Program-made: the position numbers and the translations under genes | Assembly: GCA_050084515.1 (NCBI GenBank) | Contig: CM114271.1 | Location: forward strand, 17,484,001-17,548,000 | Length of the DNA: 64,000 bases | Direction: 5' to 3' | DNA from: Blasia pusilla | Lineage: Eukaryota | The notes under the pieces: model-generated | Told to the model about the DNA's origin: nothing | The model's input: only the letters and a program-made list of their open reading frames with translations | Database searches by the model: none | In this document: piece by piece, positions 50,250-64,000 of the stretch | How the letters are laid out: the number at the start of each line of letters is the position of its first letter | Position numbering within the stretch: the first letter of the stretch is position 1

Positions 50250-52930
50250 ATACTAGAATACGTGGCAAAGAGAGAGAGAGAGATAAGCACATGTTTTTAG
50301 GAAAATAGTAAAAGACATATATAAGTGCCAAAATACTTCCACTAAAACAGGAATAGATCCATCAATGGTATGCCTCACAACATAACTTAACTCCTTGATT
50401 CTTGTTGGTGCTTTGGCCACAAAACCTTTAGTATGTGTTGCCTCATACATCAAGTCAGAACATGTTTGATCAACAACCATCGCATCACCCAATATCTGAA
50501 AGCCAACTCAAGACATAACAAGATCAACTCTTTGATGAAATTTTTCTTGTGTGGTAGAAGGTAGGACATGTAGCTACTCTTGCCCAAAGATGTATCTTAT
50601 AGTATGAGCCATCGAGGCTACCTCCTTTCTAATCATAACTTGTGTTTTCGTTCGTTCTCCACCATGCATATGTACACATCGGAGAATATGGATACTCTTC
50701 ACATCAATGGGGTCCACGCATACGCAATTCAACACACTTAGTAGAGAAGATGAGGAAATCCAAGGCGTAACCGCAAAGTTGTCGAGAATATACTTCGAGA
50801 AAAAAAAATGGAAGAATAAGAGGATTTGTAGTAAGCCATATCCCTAATCCTACACCCATACATGCATGAACACAGACAAGCTCAAGTAGTATTAGAGGAT
50901 GCTTCATAGAGAATATTCAAAAAATTAATTTGGTGCAAATTCTAAAAGATATGCTCTTGAAGTCGATCAAGACCATCTAGAATCAATTACCTAATTGAGA
51001 TATAATTTCTTGAATGGTGAGATGAAGAAGAGCTTCGACAGATCTTAGTTATTGTTGGAATAATACATCCCCCTCCTTTATATGGGCAACATGTTCCATG
51101 AAGAGATGTACATATCCTTGGAAAAACCTTGAAGTCATAATCAGGGCCACCAAAGCCTAACTCCAAAAAAAAGGTTGAAGAATATGCGATTCTACAAGGG
51201 AAGGCATAAAGGAGATCATACCTAACATTTTGTAGGTTGGAGTTCAAGGTTTAACACAAAGAGTTGAATTGATCCATAAAATGGGTATAAGCAAAAACCA
51301 CTTAAAAAAAAAGGACCTATAATGAGTATCATTAGCAATAGAATGGAGGAGACAAGATGGAAATGCTTGGGCTTATGCTTGAAGGGTATAAAAATATGCA
51401 ATGGCAAAGAGTGAATCACCCATGGGATCAACTTGTCTTGTGCCACAATTTGATGGAAGAATACTATATTTTTTGTAAGTAGCATTGTGAGAATAGGTAA
51501 TAGGTGTATTGGAGGCATAGAAGGAGCACAGAAATAGAATGAGACTTGCAAGTTGTCCTCAAACAAAGCGTAACTACTTGAATATGGTTGTACGAGAAAT
51601 TGAATTGAATGCGGTAATCACATCAACTTGAATTGCAACCTACATTGGACAAATATTAATAGTGGAGTGTATACCATGAGCCACAACCACCAACGATGGC
51701 CACTCCAAATTTATAAGGAAATAAGTGGGTGGTAAAGTGAGGACAAAATTGCAAGTAGAGGGATCGACTTACCAAACAATATAAAACGTCTCCAACAACC
51801 AAAGGGTGAATACTAGAAGGAGACTAGGCTTATCCATAGCCAATGAATGATAAGCCCCCAAGAGCATAGAGATAGAATATGGATGAGGTGTGGCAATAAG
51901 TGCACATACCTTATATAGAGAATAAAGCCACTTGCAAAATCTTCTGGGAGAAAGCAATCACAAAGATGCTAGAAAACCATGCATGATAGCCCACTTGCTA
52001 ATAAGCAAAGAGTATGAAGAAAAACCCTTGTGAAAACCTCCAATTGAATGTCCAAGTCAAGATCCATTGTATAGTCTTCCACAAAAGATGACACACCACT
52101 ACTTGAAGGAGGATGAAGAGATTTTAAGAGTGCCATTATGTCTGCGCTTAAAATTTCCATAGAGAAAGAACTCAATGTTTGAGCCAGAAGCGAAAAACTT
52201 ACCACTTACCCTAAAATTCAACTATGTTGAAGGCATTTTTGTATTGAAGGACTCCCATGATTGGCATGTTAAGTGGGATGAGACGTTGCTTGGGACCACT
52301 GCTCAAAGTGAATGCTAATTTTGAATATTTTTCCAATCCCTAGACAAATAATTATAGAGATTGGGATTCTTTAGTATACGGTAGAGAGAGATGAGGAGCA
52401 TAAATTTTCTTTGTCTTGCTTGCAAAGAAAAAATAAATTATTTCATATGGAGCCTATTTTATCCTCTTCTCCTTCAAATGTTCTCAATGAGGTTGAGGAG
52501 GTTTAGGAAGTTGGAAGAGGCTAAGAAGTTGTGGGTACTCTCAATAGTGATGAGAGATACTCTCTAGAATTATGCCATGATCTCGGAGAACATGACGATA
52601 TAGAATACTCATGGTTGCACATAAACAGACAAGTCCTTCCTTAGGACGGACATGGATGGACAAGTCTGGATATGGGTTCCAAGAGGTGCAACCAACACTT
52701 ATAGTCCATGATGGAAGGCAAGGCAAGGATACGAGGAGCAATGAGAGAGGAGGGAGTAGAGGTGGAGGGGGAAGAAATGGGGGAGTATGGAACACAAAGA
52801 TAAGTAAGAGAAATGAGAAAGAAGGGGAAGGTGGGGCCCATATGGACAAGTCCTTCCATAGGACGGACATAAGTCAACGGACACAGACTTTGTCCACATG
52901 CAACCTTGAGAATACTCTTCCACCTCCCTT
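50250..52930 (-). mobile_element. Decayed, longer CRE-like non-LTR retrotransposon (RT + zinc knuckle + RLE endonuclease)
   Basis: LLASGLSCMVF, LLGAYHSLAMDKP, GTRQVDPMGDSLF...HSIANDTH (RT motifs), then a C-terminal region homologous to 8468-9330 (GIWLTTNPL, VVDQTCSDL...IKELSY...IPVLVEVF). Confidence 0.75.
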
Positions 52931-54339
52931 TATGATTCTTAGGGATGGTATGTCAGTGATAAGTTTGATAGGGAATACAGACATATCGATTTTAGGGATA
53001 TTGATAATAGTGGTGATAGTAGTGAGATTAGAGTTTTCATGTTTGATACTGTTTCGATCTCCTAATGATAAGTGAAATGATGATAGCAATGAGTGTAATT
53101 AGGCAAGAGACTCTATATTTTTTTTCGGGCCCTATACTCATATTTAAAACACTAGAAGAAAATATCACTTTTATGACTAAAAAGAATGACTCGCTAGAGT
53201 CATATTGTGCAAAGTATGACTAAGAATGACTAGTGACTCCACGAGTCTTAAAAGACAAGTCATATATTACAATGACTGAGTTGACTTGAGTCATTTAATC
53301 TTTCTCTGTCATCCATAAATGACTAATCTCAGGTTTGGATCGTACACGTGATATGGAGAAAATACGACACGTCGTTGCTGACATGGAATGCCATGTCACT
53401 TTTGTCGAATCACTAGATGACTCAAAGTGTATAAAGTAAATGACTCATTGAGTGATTATATGATTGAACTTTAGTGTGTGTCAAGCTTGGTGGAGTCATC
53501 TTATGACTCATATTTTCATAATATATGACTCACTAAGTCATGAATGCGTACAAATTGTTCAATGCTTTGACTCATTGAGTCATTGGATGATTCAAAAAGA
53601 TCAATATATATGACTCATGGAGATATTTTGTGTTCCGTAAAGTCCTTTCTTGACTAAGACTTCAAATTTGGATGACTCGTTGATACAAGCCATGACTAGA
53701 ATTTTAGCATTGTGACTGAGTGAGTCACTAGTGATCGTTTGACTCATAACCGAGACATGTTATGACCTTATCACTTGAATGTTATGACTCATCCTGTAGT
53801 CACATGACTCCTTGAATTTATAGTCAAATTTTAGTAATGACTTATTCAGTCACTAATTTGTGACTTAGTGAGTCATTGTTGACACTTTTGACTCTTAATC
53901 AAGACAGATCATGACTCTTTTGACAATATTAAGTTCAGTCTTAGAGTGACTCAACCTTTGTCATTTGTGTCTGAGAATCAATAATATGGCTCATTTTATT
54001 GAGATTGGAGTGATCATTTGATGAGTGGGGAGATCTAGATTCTACTCTTAAATTCTCATTGAATGAAACAAGAAAAGAAAAGTTAGAAGAATTGAAGTGT
54101 GTTTAATGTTTTGATAGTTTCTTAAAAGGGACCAATAAGCTATCCCATCTAGATAATCATTGCAAGTTGGACTACAATAGAACTTACTAAAGTACAGATC
54201 TATTTCTAAAGAAATGAATAGATTAAAATCCACATGATCAATGCATTTATAATGAAACCAGACCAGAAGGTAGTTTGAAAACCATTTTGTAAGACTCACT
54301 GAAAAAAAAGAAAACAATCACTTCTTCTGAAGTTATAGA

Positions 54340-57300
54340 TGTAGAAAACTGCTAAAGAAGCATAACTGGTGGGAAACGACTCTCACACTCACACACCACC
54401 ACGGAGAATGAAATTTGCAATGAGAGAATAAGCGGAGGCTAGTTCCCTTCTCAATTATATAGGGTATGTACAAGAAATCCTAACCCTAACCTTAACCATA
54501 GTCTCGAGTTAGACTAACTATGATTAACTAACCCTAATAAAGATAATCGCGCTTAACTGACTAACCAAGATTAAGCTTCCCTACTTTATGTGAGTACCAA
54601 ATGTAACAGTTCAAGTGTCTCATGAGCTTCATTGTAACTCAATCTTCAATACCCCCCTCAAGCTCAGATCGATCTCTCTAATGCCTAAATCATTTCTAAA
54701 CATCTCAAACTTATCTCTAGACAATGCCTTTGTAAAGATATCAGCAATTTGCTGATCTGTACCTATATACACAAGATCAATTTCCCCTGCAATCACTTTC
54801 TCTCTGATAAAATGATAGTGCATCTCAACATGTTTTATACGAGAATGAAACACAGGGTTATTAGTAAGCTTGATGCTACTAATATTGTCTGCATATATTA
54901 CACTAGATCGTAAGTTACTAACATCAATCTCAATAAGTAATCGATGAAGCCATACCACCTCATATGTTGCATTGGTTGCTCCCCTGTACTCAGCCTCTGT
55001 TGAAGATAAAGCAACTGTAGGTTGCTTTTTTGAAGCCCAACTTATAGCTACGCTTCTCAAAGTAAATGAATAACTAGATGTGGAGTGTCGATCAGACACA
55101 CTTCTTGCCCAATCAGTATCTGTGAATCCCTGTAATTGAAAACTCGGAGAAGGTTCAAATTGAAGCCCGAATTGAATAGTGAATTTCATATACCGCATAA
55201 TCCTCCTCACAACATTAAGGTGAGGTTTTCGAGATGCTTGCATAAACTGGCTCACTAGGCCAACAACATAACTCAAATCTGGTCTGGTTATAGTTAGATA
55301 GATTAAACTTCCAACCATGTGCATGTACATATTAGAATCTGCAAGCAACTCTCCTTCATCCACTCTTAGCTTCACGATGTGGTCCAACGTTATAGAGATT
55401 GGCTTACAAGCCGTCATACCATATTTTGAAAGCATATGAAGAGCATATTGTCGTTGTAGTAACCACATGCTCTCTCCAATCTTGATAAACTCAATACCAA
55501 GGAAGTACTTGAGTTCTCCCAAGTCCTTCATATCAAATTCTGCTTGTAACTTGAGCTTGACTTGTTGTACCATTTCTTCAGTACTCCTAGTACTCAGGAG
55601 ATCGTCAACATACAACACAATGAGAACCGTATGATCTTGTCCTCTTAAGACATATAACGAGGAGTCAGAATCATATACCCTAAAACCCAACTTTTATAGG
55701 ATGTATGTAATCTTGCCATACCAAGCTCTTGGATCTTGTTTGAGCTCGTATAGAGCTTTCTTCAACTTGCATAAGAAAAATGGAAACTTGGGATGCTCGT
55801 ATCCAAGTGGTTGAGTCATATATACCTCCTCGTATAGATCTTCATTCAAGAAGGTATTATTTACGTCCATGTGATGTAATCTCTACTTCTTACTTACTGC
55901 AACTGCAACCAGTATTCTTGTAGTCGCCATCTTTACAACACGGCTAAATGTTTCCTCATAATCGATGCCATATTATTGTGCATAGCCCTTAGCCACCAAT
56001 CTCGCTTTGTATCTGTTAATTGTACCATCTTGATTGTGCTTTATTTTGTAAACCCATTTGCAACCAATAGCTTCCTTATCGGAAGGTATATCAACGAGCT
56101 CCCATGTCTGTTGATGTCTTAATGCAGCAAGCTCTTCCTCCATAGCTTCAATCCATTCGACTTTACTTGCAGCTTCTTCAAAACAACTCGGCACCTGTTC
56201 TTGAAGGGTAGTCAGCATATATGCATGATGTGTTGCAAAGAAACCTTCATTTATGAAGGTCTACTTCTTTATCTACTTGATCTATAAAGTTGTTATTCAG
56301 AGGTAGATGCCTCTGAAATTTTACTCGAGCTCTGACTAGTGTCAACAGACTGAATACGTACTCTTCTCGTCCATGACTCACAGATTTAATTGATGAATCT
56401 AGGACCTCTCCTAATCTTGCACTAATACTTGAGGAAGTTGAAGACATTGTATGTTGGTTTATAGTCATATTCTCCTCCTCAACAAACAAGTTTAGAGGTG
56501 GAATAGGCTTAGATGGAGCATACCATGACTTTAGCTCATCAACGACAACATCGCGACTAATAATAAACTGCCTAGAGGATGGAATGTAGCACTTATACCC
56601 CTTAGTTCCATCAGCATAGCCAATGAAGATACATCTTTCAGACTTGGGGTCTAGTTTCTAATGTCAGAAGGAACATGAGCATAACAAATATGGCCAAATA
56701 CTTTCAAGAAGGAAAATTCAGGTTTACTTCCTCTGAAGACTTCAAATGGAGTTTTATCATGAACTCATGATGTTGGAGTTTGGTTGATTAAGAAGACTAC
56801 ATATGCTACAGCCTCTGCCTAATAGACCTTAGGCATGTTCTTCTCATTCAGAATAGCTCATGTCACTTCAACAATATATCGATTCTTCCTCTCATCCCTC
56901 CATTTTGTTGTGGAGTGTAACGGCAAGTCACTTGACGTTGTATGCGATTATGACATAAATAATCATTAAACTCTATTGAAAGATACTCTCCTCTTCCATC
57001 ACAAGGCAATTTCAAAATGTATTCTCCATTCTGCTTCTCTACTAGAACTCTGAATGTTTGGAACACTAAGAATACCTCTGACTTGGTTTTTAGAAAGTAT
57101 ACCCATATATACCTAAAGAAGTCATCAATAAATGAAATAAAGTACTGGCAACCACTAAGGCTATGTTGTGATGCTGTCCACACATCACTGTGGATCAACT
57201 CCAATATGCTGGATGCTCTTCTACCTTGCTTTGGAAAGAAAATCTAGCTTGTTTTCCAAATTGGCAAGTAGGATATATGTCTAAGGTAGCATGACTTGCT

Positions 57301-59679
57301 AATTTAGGGAGTCCTATTACTATATTAGATGATGAAAGACTCTGTAATCTTTGAAGATTCATATGTCCAATTCTTCTATGCCATACATTTAGATCTATAA
57401 CTTGTTGGCGGATTTGACCATACATTGATGTTTGAATCGTTGGCATAGAAACATCTAATTTGAACAATCTGCCAAATCTAATTCCTTTGGCTGTCGTAGT
57501 CTAGTCATCCATTGTTTCAATGAAACAACCATTTGTGTTAAACTTCACTTGATAACCCTGTTCTACTATCTGTCCTACAGAGATCAGGTTTCTTGCAATG
57601 GTAGGAACATAGAGAACATTTCCAAGAGCACAAAGATCATCTAATGCTATTGGAACTTTACTGGTATGCGTGATATGATGTTGAGTTTCATCTCCCGTGA
57701 GCACAATTGTAGGATCTTTGACCGGCTCCAAACTACTGAACCATTTAGCTTGTGAGGTCACATGATTTGATGCACCAGAGTCAATGTACCAATCTGGTGT
57801 CGAGTCTTTCTTAACCATTGCTCCCATATGATAAGTCATGACCAAGAGATGCTCCGTTTGTGAATGTTCTTATTCTTGGTACTGCTCTTGGTGTTGTTGC
57901 TCCACATAGTTTTGTTGTTGTAAGGCTCTTGTTCTCATATCTGCCTTTTGCATAGTGACCCTTTATCCCATAGTAATGGCAAGATCGAGGGACACTTGCT
58001 GCTGACCTCGACCAAGGGTTTCCACCATCACCACCTTGTGATTGTGTGTGGTACTGATTCGTAGTTGATCGTGCAACGTTATATTGAGTGCCTCTTCCTC
58101 CATATGCTTGATATCCACCACGACCACGGAAGTTTTTGCCTCGACCCCTGCCTCTGTTTGATCCATAACTTGCAAATAGCGTACTCTCTTGCAAACTAGA
58201 TGAGTTACCGCTGATTAACAAAGGGACTATCTCTTGAAAGGTTGGATACTTCTCTCTCACACAGATAGAGATCTCAAAGGACTTGTAATCCTTTGGAAGG
58301 CCTTGAAGAGTGAAAAAAATTAGATCAGCATCTTCTCCTTTCACTCCAATGTTATTCAAGTGATCAACAATATGTCTGATACTCAAAATATAATCATTGA
58401 TGCTCTCCGATCCTTTCCTCACTTCGTTCAATTATTGTTTCAATTGAAGCTTTCTGGCCTTTGTAGATGTCTAGAACAGCTTTTCCAATGCATCCCAGGC
58501 CTCCTTCGGAATATCAACATCTTGAACGTGACCTATGATTGGCGAAGTGGTCGTTATTGAAATGTAGTGGATTACTTGCCTTGCGCGTTTGTTCCAGGCG
58601 TGAACATTCAAGTCTGTTAAGTCATTTTTTGGCTTGGCCTCACCACTTGTGACAAGCTCCCATAGTTCTTGACCCATGAGAAATTTTTTCATGCGAAACT
58701 TCCAGACATTGTAATTCTGCTTATCTAGCTTCTCGATTGTGATTGCTGCTCAGAAATACTCCATGACGAATGATTTCACTCACAAAAATATAATTTCAGG
58801 ATTTATACTGCTCCAATTGAATCATGGACCACCCTACATATAAATAGATCTGAAATTTACCAAAATTGATCAAAAGTATGAAAGAACTAGTCGAAATTGG
58901 CATGTAGAGAGCAAATTGCACAACTTTTCTTAACTAATTGCACTTTCCTACACTCAAATTGCTAGTCCATGAGCTCAAAATGTCCGAATCGAGCGATTTT
59001 GGATGCGTTGGAAAGCTCTCAACCAGCTCTATAAGACGGCTGAACTAGTGGAGATCCAGATGGCTAAATCAACTGGGAAAGCCTTCAAGAACGCCTCCTA
59101 AGTTTTATCATCATTAGAGCTCCATATGAAATCTGCATCCATTGAGCTCTGAATAAAACTTCCTTCTCCCAAACTGAAATTGTGCCTTCTCTTGCTTCTC
59201 TTCTTTCCTCAAACACCAAGAATTTCAAGTGATGTTCTCCTATCGCTTTGATACCATGTGGAAAACTGCTAAAGAAGCATAACTGGTGGGAAATGGCTCT
59301 CACACTCACACACCACCATGGAGAACGAAATTTGAAATGAGAGAATAAGTGGAGGCTAGTCCCCTTCATAGTTAACTGGATTAGTTAACTATGATTAACT
59401 AATCCCAGTTAAGTATGATTAATTGGGATTAGTTAATCATAGTTAGTCTAACTCGAGACTATGGTTAAGGTTAGGGTTAGGATTATATAGGGTATGTACA
59501 AGCAATCCTAAGCCTAACCTTAACCATAGTCTCGAGTTAGACTAACTATGATTAACTAATCCCAATTAAGATAATCGTGCTTAAATGACTAACCAAGATT
59601 ACGCTTCCCTACTTTGTGTGAGTACCAAATGTAGTAGTTCAGGTTTCTCATGAGCTTGATTATAACTCAATCTTCAATA
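54340..59679 (-). mobile_element. Full-length Ty1/Copia LTR retrotransposon (decayed ORF)
   Basis: LTRs 54340-54651 and 59257-59679; TSD ATAGA (54335-54339, 59680-59684); PBS TGGTATCAAAGC (minus strand, 59245-59256); PPT at ~54652-54667. Confidence 0.95.
54629..58764 (-). pseudogene. Copia gag-pol polyprotein (gag, protease, integrase, RT, RNase H) with stops and frameshifts
   Basis: WYIDSGASNH, WHRRIGH, LIHSDVW, RYTPQQNG, CKWVYKIK...RYKARLVAKGY, LYVDD, KKQPTVALSSTEAEY. Confidence 0.95.
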
Positions 59680-61507
59680 ATAGATTTGGTTGCATATAAT
59701 CCTGGAGGAAATGTTGATAGAGTAGAATGAAGAATCAATCTACTTATTTCTTAAGGTAGATTTCAGGCCAAAGTACTAAGGGCCAAGTGCATCACCTAAA
59801 ACATATTGGCATGCCTCATCGTGTTCATTAGCTTGCCATAATTTGAACTATGGCTCCAAAACAGTTGCCAAGTTAATACGAACTATACCACATGGGATCT
59901 CCTTCCCATGGAATAGATCCCTACTTGCCAAGCTTGTACCTACTCCATAAGCAATAATATGGTGGGTATTTCTCGGCTCGCTAAAGGAGACGTGATCTCC
60001 AATGTGCAGTTGAAATCAATGAGAAAACATGCACAAACATTAGCTCATCCTATTTAAGAAGAAAATAGTGTGCATAACAAATGCCAATGATATACACTGA
60101 CTATTAATGTCACAGTACCTTTTTGTAAGACCATCCTTCTAGCAAAAGCATCTTGTAAACTTCAAAACTTCCACATCAGAAATTTGCCAACAAACCGTGC
60201 TATCAATATCACATATATCATAAGGGACTAAACTATAAAGGAGTTTTGAAATTACTCTTTTCTTATTTCTCAGAGTAGTAGACTTTGGTTCACTCTCGTT
60301 TCCGTCAGTAGTATTAACCTGCATCTTGCTAATCTTCAATTTTTTCTTCTTGGGAGAAGATACTTGCACCAACGCTTCATCTTGATGAGAAGATATGCCA
60401 TCCTATTTATCTTCATATGACTTGAGCCCTTTCCCTATGACAAGTGTCAATTCAGAGGTTAGCATATTTGTTATGACATTCAAGTTTACAAGGTTGGGAA
60501 AAATTACCCAGTACCATTGAAAGAAATACTTAAATCAATTTGGCCTACCCTTGAGTGGTAAATCACCAGAACCAAATTTTGTGTTGGAGAGTGGCGTTGG
60601 GTTTTTTCCTTCTCTTATATACCTCTGCAAGCAACAAAAGAAGAGAAGATGGGAAATCTGAATGATCATGAAATGATAGTTGTAGCCACCTGAAATGCAC
60701 CATCTTAGCTTGTATGAATAGAGGCTTGTAATTGATTCATGAAATACCTCTCTCAACTTGGTTCTCTCCCTCCCCACCATAATCGTGCATTGGCGGCTCT
60801 TCCACGACTCTTGGCACCTCTGTACCAACATCATCATCTGAAAGAATGGAGAAGTTTAGAGGCCCACATAGAAGAAAAATACCAAGTATAGATGTGGTTG
60901 CACATGCATTAACATTCATCAAAAGAACTTATCCCTTAAGTTATAGTTGAGAGCATATAACTTACTCTGAAGTGTTGGAGTTTGAGTAACTATTTTTGCA
61001 AGGTTAGCCACCATTTTTGCAAGGTTGGTCAATTGTGAGGTTAACTGCTTTGTCTGCTCTCGCTGGTTTCTCTCCATCTTCTCCTCGATCTCAATTCTCA
61101 TGGCTTTTAGATCTGCATTCCATCAATTCTCTTGCTTCTCCAATGATGTTTGGTTTGTAGGTTGGGACTCGACGGGCTAACAAAGAGAAATGTGATGAGA
61201 GTATTCATCAACCATATATAAAATCTGTAAATAGTAGGAAACATAGATTATCTTGAATGCAAATTTGGAATTCTGAATGACTAATGAAAGGGTTGAAACT
61301 TTGGATACATACTCTTGCTTCACCACTTATTTGGGTCCCACTACTTGAAGATAGCATCCATCTTTCATAGATGGGGGTCCAAATGTTGTACTTTCTTGCA
61401 AAGGTACAATGGTTTTAGCTTTTTGGCGATGAAACAACAAATTAGACAAACTAAAAAATAGCAAGTAGAGAACATCGAACATATAAAAGTAAGAATCTCC
61501 TTTTGAT

Positions 61508-62070
61508 TTACAATTGGGACACCCACAAGGTGCTAAAGCCAATGTAGAATATACTTACAATCCCACCGGTCATGACATGTACATTGGACCACCCAAAAGG
61601 ATTTGCTCTCTCAACTTGCTGCCTTGCATTTCTCATCACTTTTGCTTTCATTTGGGCACCATTAGACATCCAATAATCTACCAATCTCTCCCATTGAGAA
61701 GCTTTGGCGGTAGGGTGACATTCCACTTGCCAATGACTTCCTTTATTCACCCAATAACTCTTCATCATATATCTCTCAGTCTTCAATAACGTGGAGATTT
61801 TTTTCCTCAAGCGTTCTTGAGTGAAGCTTGTTGCTCCAACGTAGTCCCATGCCTCATCCATGTGATTTCAAACAGTGGCCATGATAAGACTATCTTGCCT
61901 ATCTATATCCACACAAGAAATATCTAGCCATAGCATTGTCTATACTTTTAAATCAGATAACCAAGTCTCATAACCATGAGCTTCGGTATCTGCCCAACCG
62001 ATCTCCAACAACTCACACTTCTAAAGAATATTTTGAGAACCCCGCTCTCCTACTTCTTTCCTCCATAGGT
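61508..62070 (-). pseudogene. CACTA TnpA / Transposase_24-like exon remnant
   Basis: LRKKISTLLKTERYMMKSYW...CHPTAKASQWERLVDYWMSNGAQMKAKVMRNARQQVERANPFG resembles the Ptta/En/Spm pattern. Confidence 0.6.
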
Positions 62071-64000
62071 CCCGCTTTGTTCTCCGAGACCCGGTTTTTT
62101 GTAGTACACCATTAACAACATTAACAACAACATTCTTTAAAAACCAAACTATTATAGGAATTGAAACAAAATATGTGAAGGTCTGAATTTAGTCATAAAA
62201 CATGTACTATACCAAAATTGAACTCATGCTAGCTCTCTACATGGAGTCTATAGTTTTCTGAAGTCACTGATATTTTCTTACTTGTATCATGATCCCCTAT
62301 TGTTGTGTCTGTGGCACTTGGTAAATGTGTGGGAGTAGCACATGATTGACTCCTGCTGATCTGGTAGTCCATCGGTCTCTGTCACAATTTAAGTATTGTA
62401 AATTCGACAATACTCCAGAATTTGACAAGTAATGATATGAAATGATTCCTTAAACTGGAGAGCATAATTATTTATAGAAGCATAAACACGATGAATAGAT
62501 GAAACCATTTGAGTCTTTCTCTTACCTCATAACTCTTCTGTCCACTAATTGCCAAGATTCATATCCTTGGGGGGGTTGTTTGGTGTCACGGAGTTCTTTA
62601 TCCCCGCCAACATACGGATGGCCAAGCCCACCACCATAGGGGATGGAGGCATTACGTGCATATATTGAGGAGGCCCCAAATCCACCCAAGATAGGTCCAC
62701 TACTATTGAACTGGCTCTGAACACTATAAGAGCCTAATCCGTCTAAATCGCGCTTTGCCCAGCCAAATAAAATATATATTTTATTTGCGCTCTGAGATAT
62801 CGCCATAGCCATATCTATAAGATATGTGACTAGTATGTTGATCAAGGGTTCCAAACCCATATGGTTGGGGTCTTGAACCCCCATCCCAAGTATAGGACAT
62901 ATGGGACATGCCCGCTAGGTTTAACCCGACACCATATGGAGATGTGGTGGTCTTACCTCTCCACTCATCACACCATTCTCCACCTGAAGGGCGTTGATTG
63001 GGGGGAGCTATAACCATGTTGTCGAGGTGTTGGTTGGTTATACCAACCACCCATTGGCCCAGGCCAATGCTTAGGCTCTCCTTGCCATTTAATAGGGCCA
63101 TGGACAGGTTGGGATGCATTGTTTGGGGGAACCCTAGGTGCACTAGGAGGCAATGGGGAGGGAAGAGACTTTGACCCGTGTGTGTTTGGTTGTAGTGGTG
63201 GAGATAATGGCTTGTATGATTATCCTCCACTCTGCCGAGTAGTAGATGAATCTGCACCTACAACCCTTGGTGCAACCTGAGCAAAGCTACGAAGGTCCAC
63301 CATCCCCATCATCCAAGAATAACATATACAAACGGTAATATGTAAAAAGTCGGGTCCAGGTACGTGCAGGACACATAATACAAAATGCATGCAAAAGAAA
63401 AGGGATTAATAGACTAATGTGTAGAGATCTACATACATGAAAGGGCTCAATGTGTTCGTCTTCACTCTCACTCTCACTCTCACTTAAGGACATCTGGACC
63501 CCTTCAACTTCATAGTTAGGATCAGACTCCTCATCCCCTTGCATTGGAGAACCTTCCTCTAAGAATCTTTTTTGTTTGGCAATGCTCAAGAGTCATGCAC
63601 TTTGCCTTTGAGGCAATGTAGGATCCCTAACGATGATATCGAATGAGTGTTTTTTCCTTTGTGGCTTTGCTTCCTAAAAAAACACCACTACAACGTGCAA
63701 CACATGCAAGCCAAGTTCAGAGTAAAATTGTAAGGGTTCGGGTCATATAGATAATCATGTCAACTGAAACAACAAAAGGAAAACACCATATTGTTGGAAA
63801 TCAGAACTTTAGAGCCGATGAAAATTACACTAAAAGTAAAGCATCCCACAAAGTGTAGTAAATAAAAAAATCCTTGAATTTTTGGGCAAGCTTTGCCTCA
63901 GCCTCCTTCCTTCTCGTGATATTTTGAGCACGTAACTGGGCATATGAGTTAGTGTTAGAATCAACTCGTGATTCAATTTCCACAATACTATGATCATTGG

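Larger units (their letters stand above)
53150..64000 (-). mobile_element. CACTA (En/Spm) transposon, left terminus in window, running off the right edge
   Basis: CACTAGAAGAAAA at 53150; dense TGACTC/GAGTCA subterminal motifs ~53170-53960; spliced, decayed TnpA/Transposase_24-like sequence at ~60-64 kb. Continuity across the Copia insertion is inferred. Confidence 0.65.

Noticed and set aside
54478-54497. Telomere-like CCTAACCCTAACC
   Set aside because: Only about two units, part of the Copia LTR; not an interstitial telomere array.

Overview
Eukaryotic, plant-type, transposon-rich window; a non-seed land plant is suggested but cannot be proven from the sequence. The only clear host gene is a 3-exon long-chain fatty alcohol oxidase (43912-47406, +), which has one apparent frameshift. 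The rest is nested mobile DNA: a PIF/Harbinger element, Helitrons (one apparently carrying a captured GT92 glycosyltransferase pseudogene), two CRE-like non-LTR elements, a full-length Copia inside a CACTA element, and Ty3/Gypsy elements. The standout is a ~9 kb Gypsy-type retrotransposon at 27142-36161. Its polyprotein region reads gag - protease - DNMT3-like C5 cytosine methyltransferase - RT - RNase H - DDE integrase - PHD finger. Its ends are not two ordinary LTRs but split direct repeats (A ... B-A-B) with an internal GACA-TT-TGTC junction and a CCAT target-site duplication. A 13-nt Tf1-like self-priming site sits where a tRNA PBS would be. Older, decayed copies of the same methyltransferase-bearing family occur elsewhere in the window. 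All domain calls are by eye from motifs, many frames are broken by indels, and boundaries of decayed elements are approximate.
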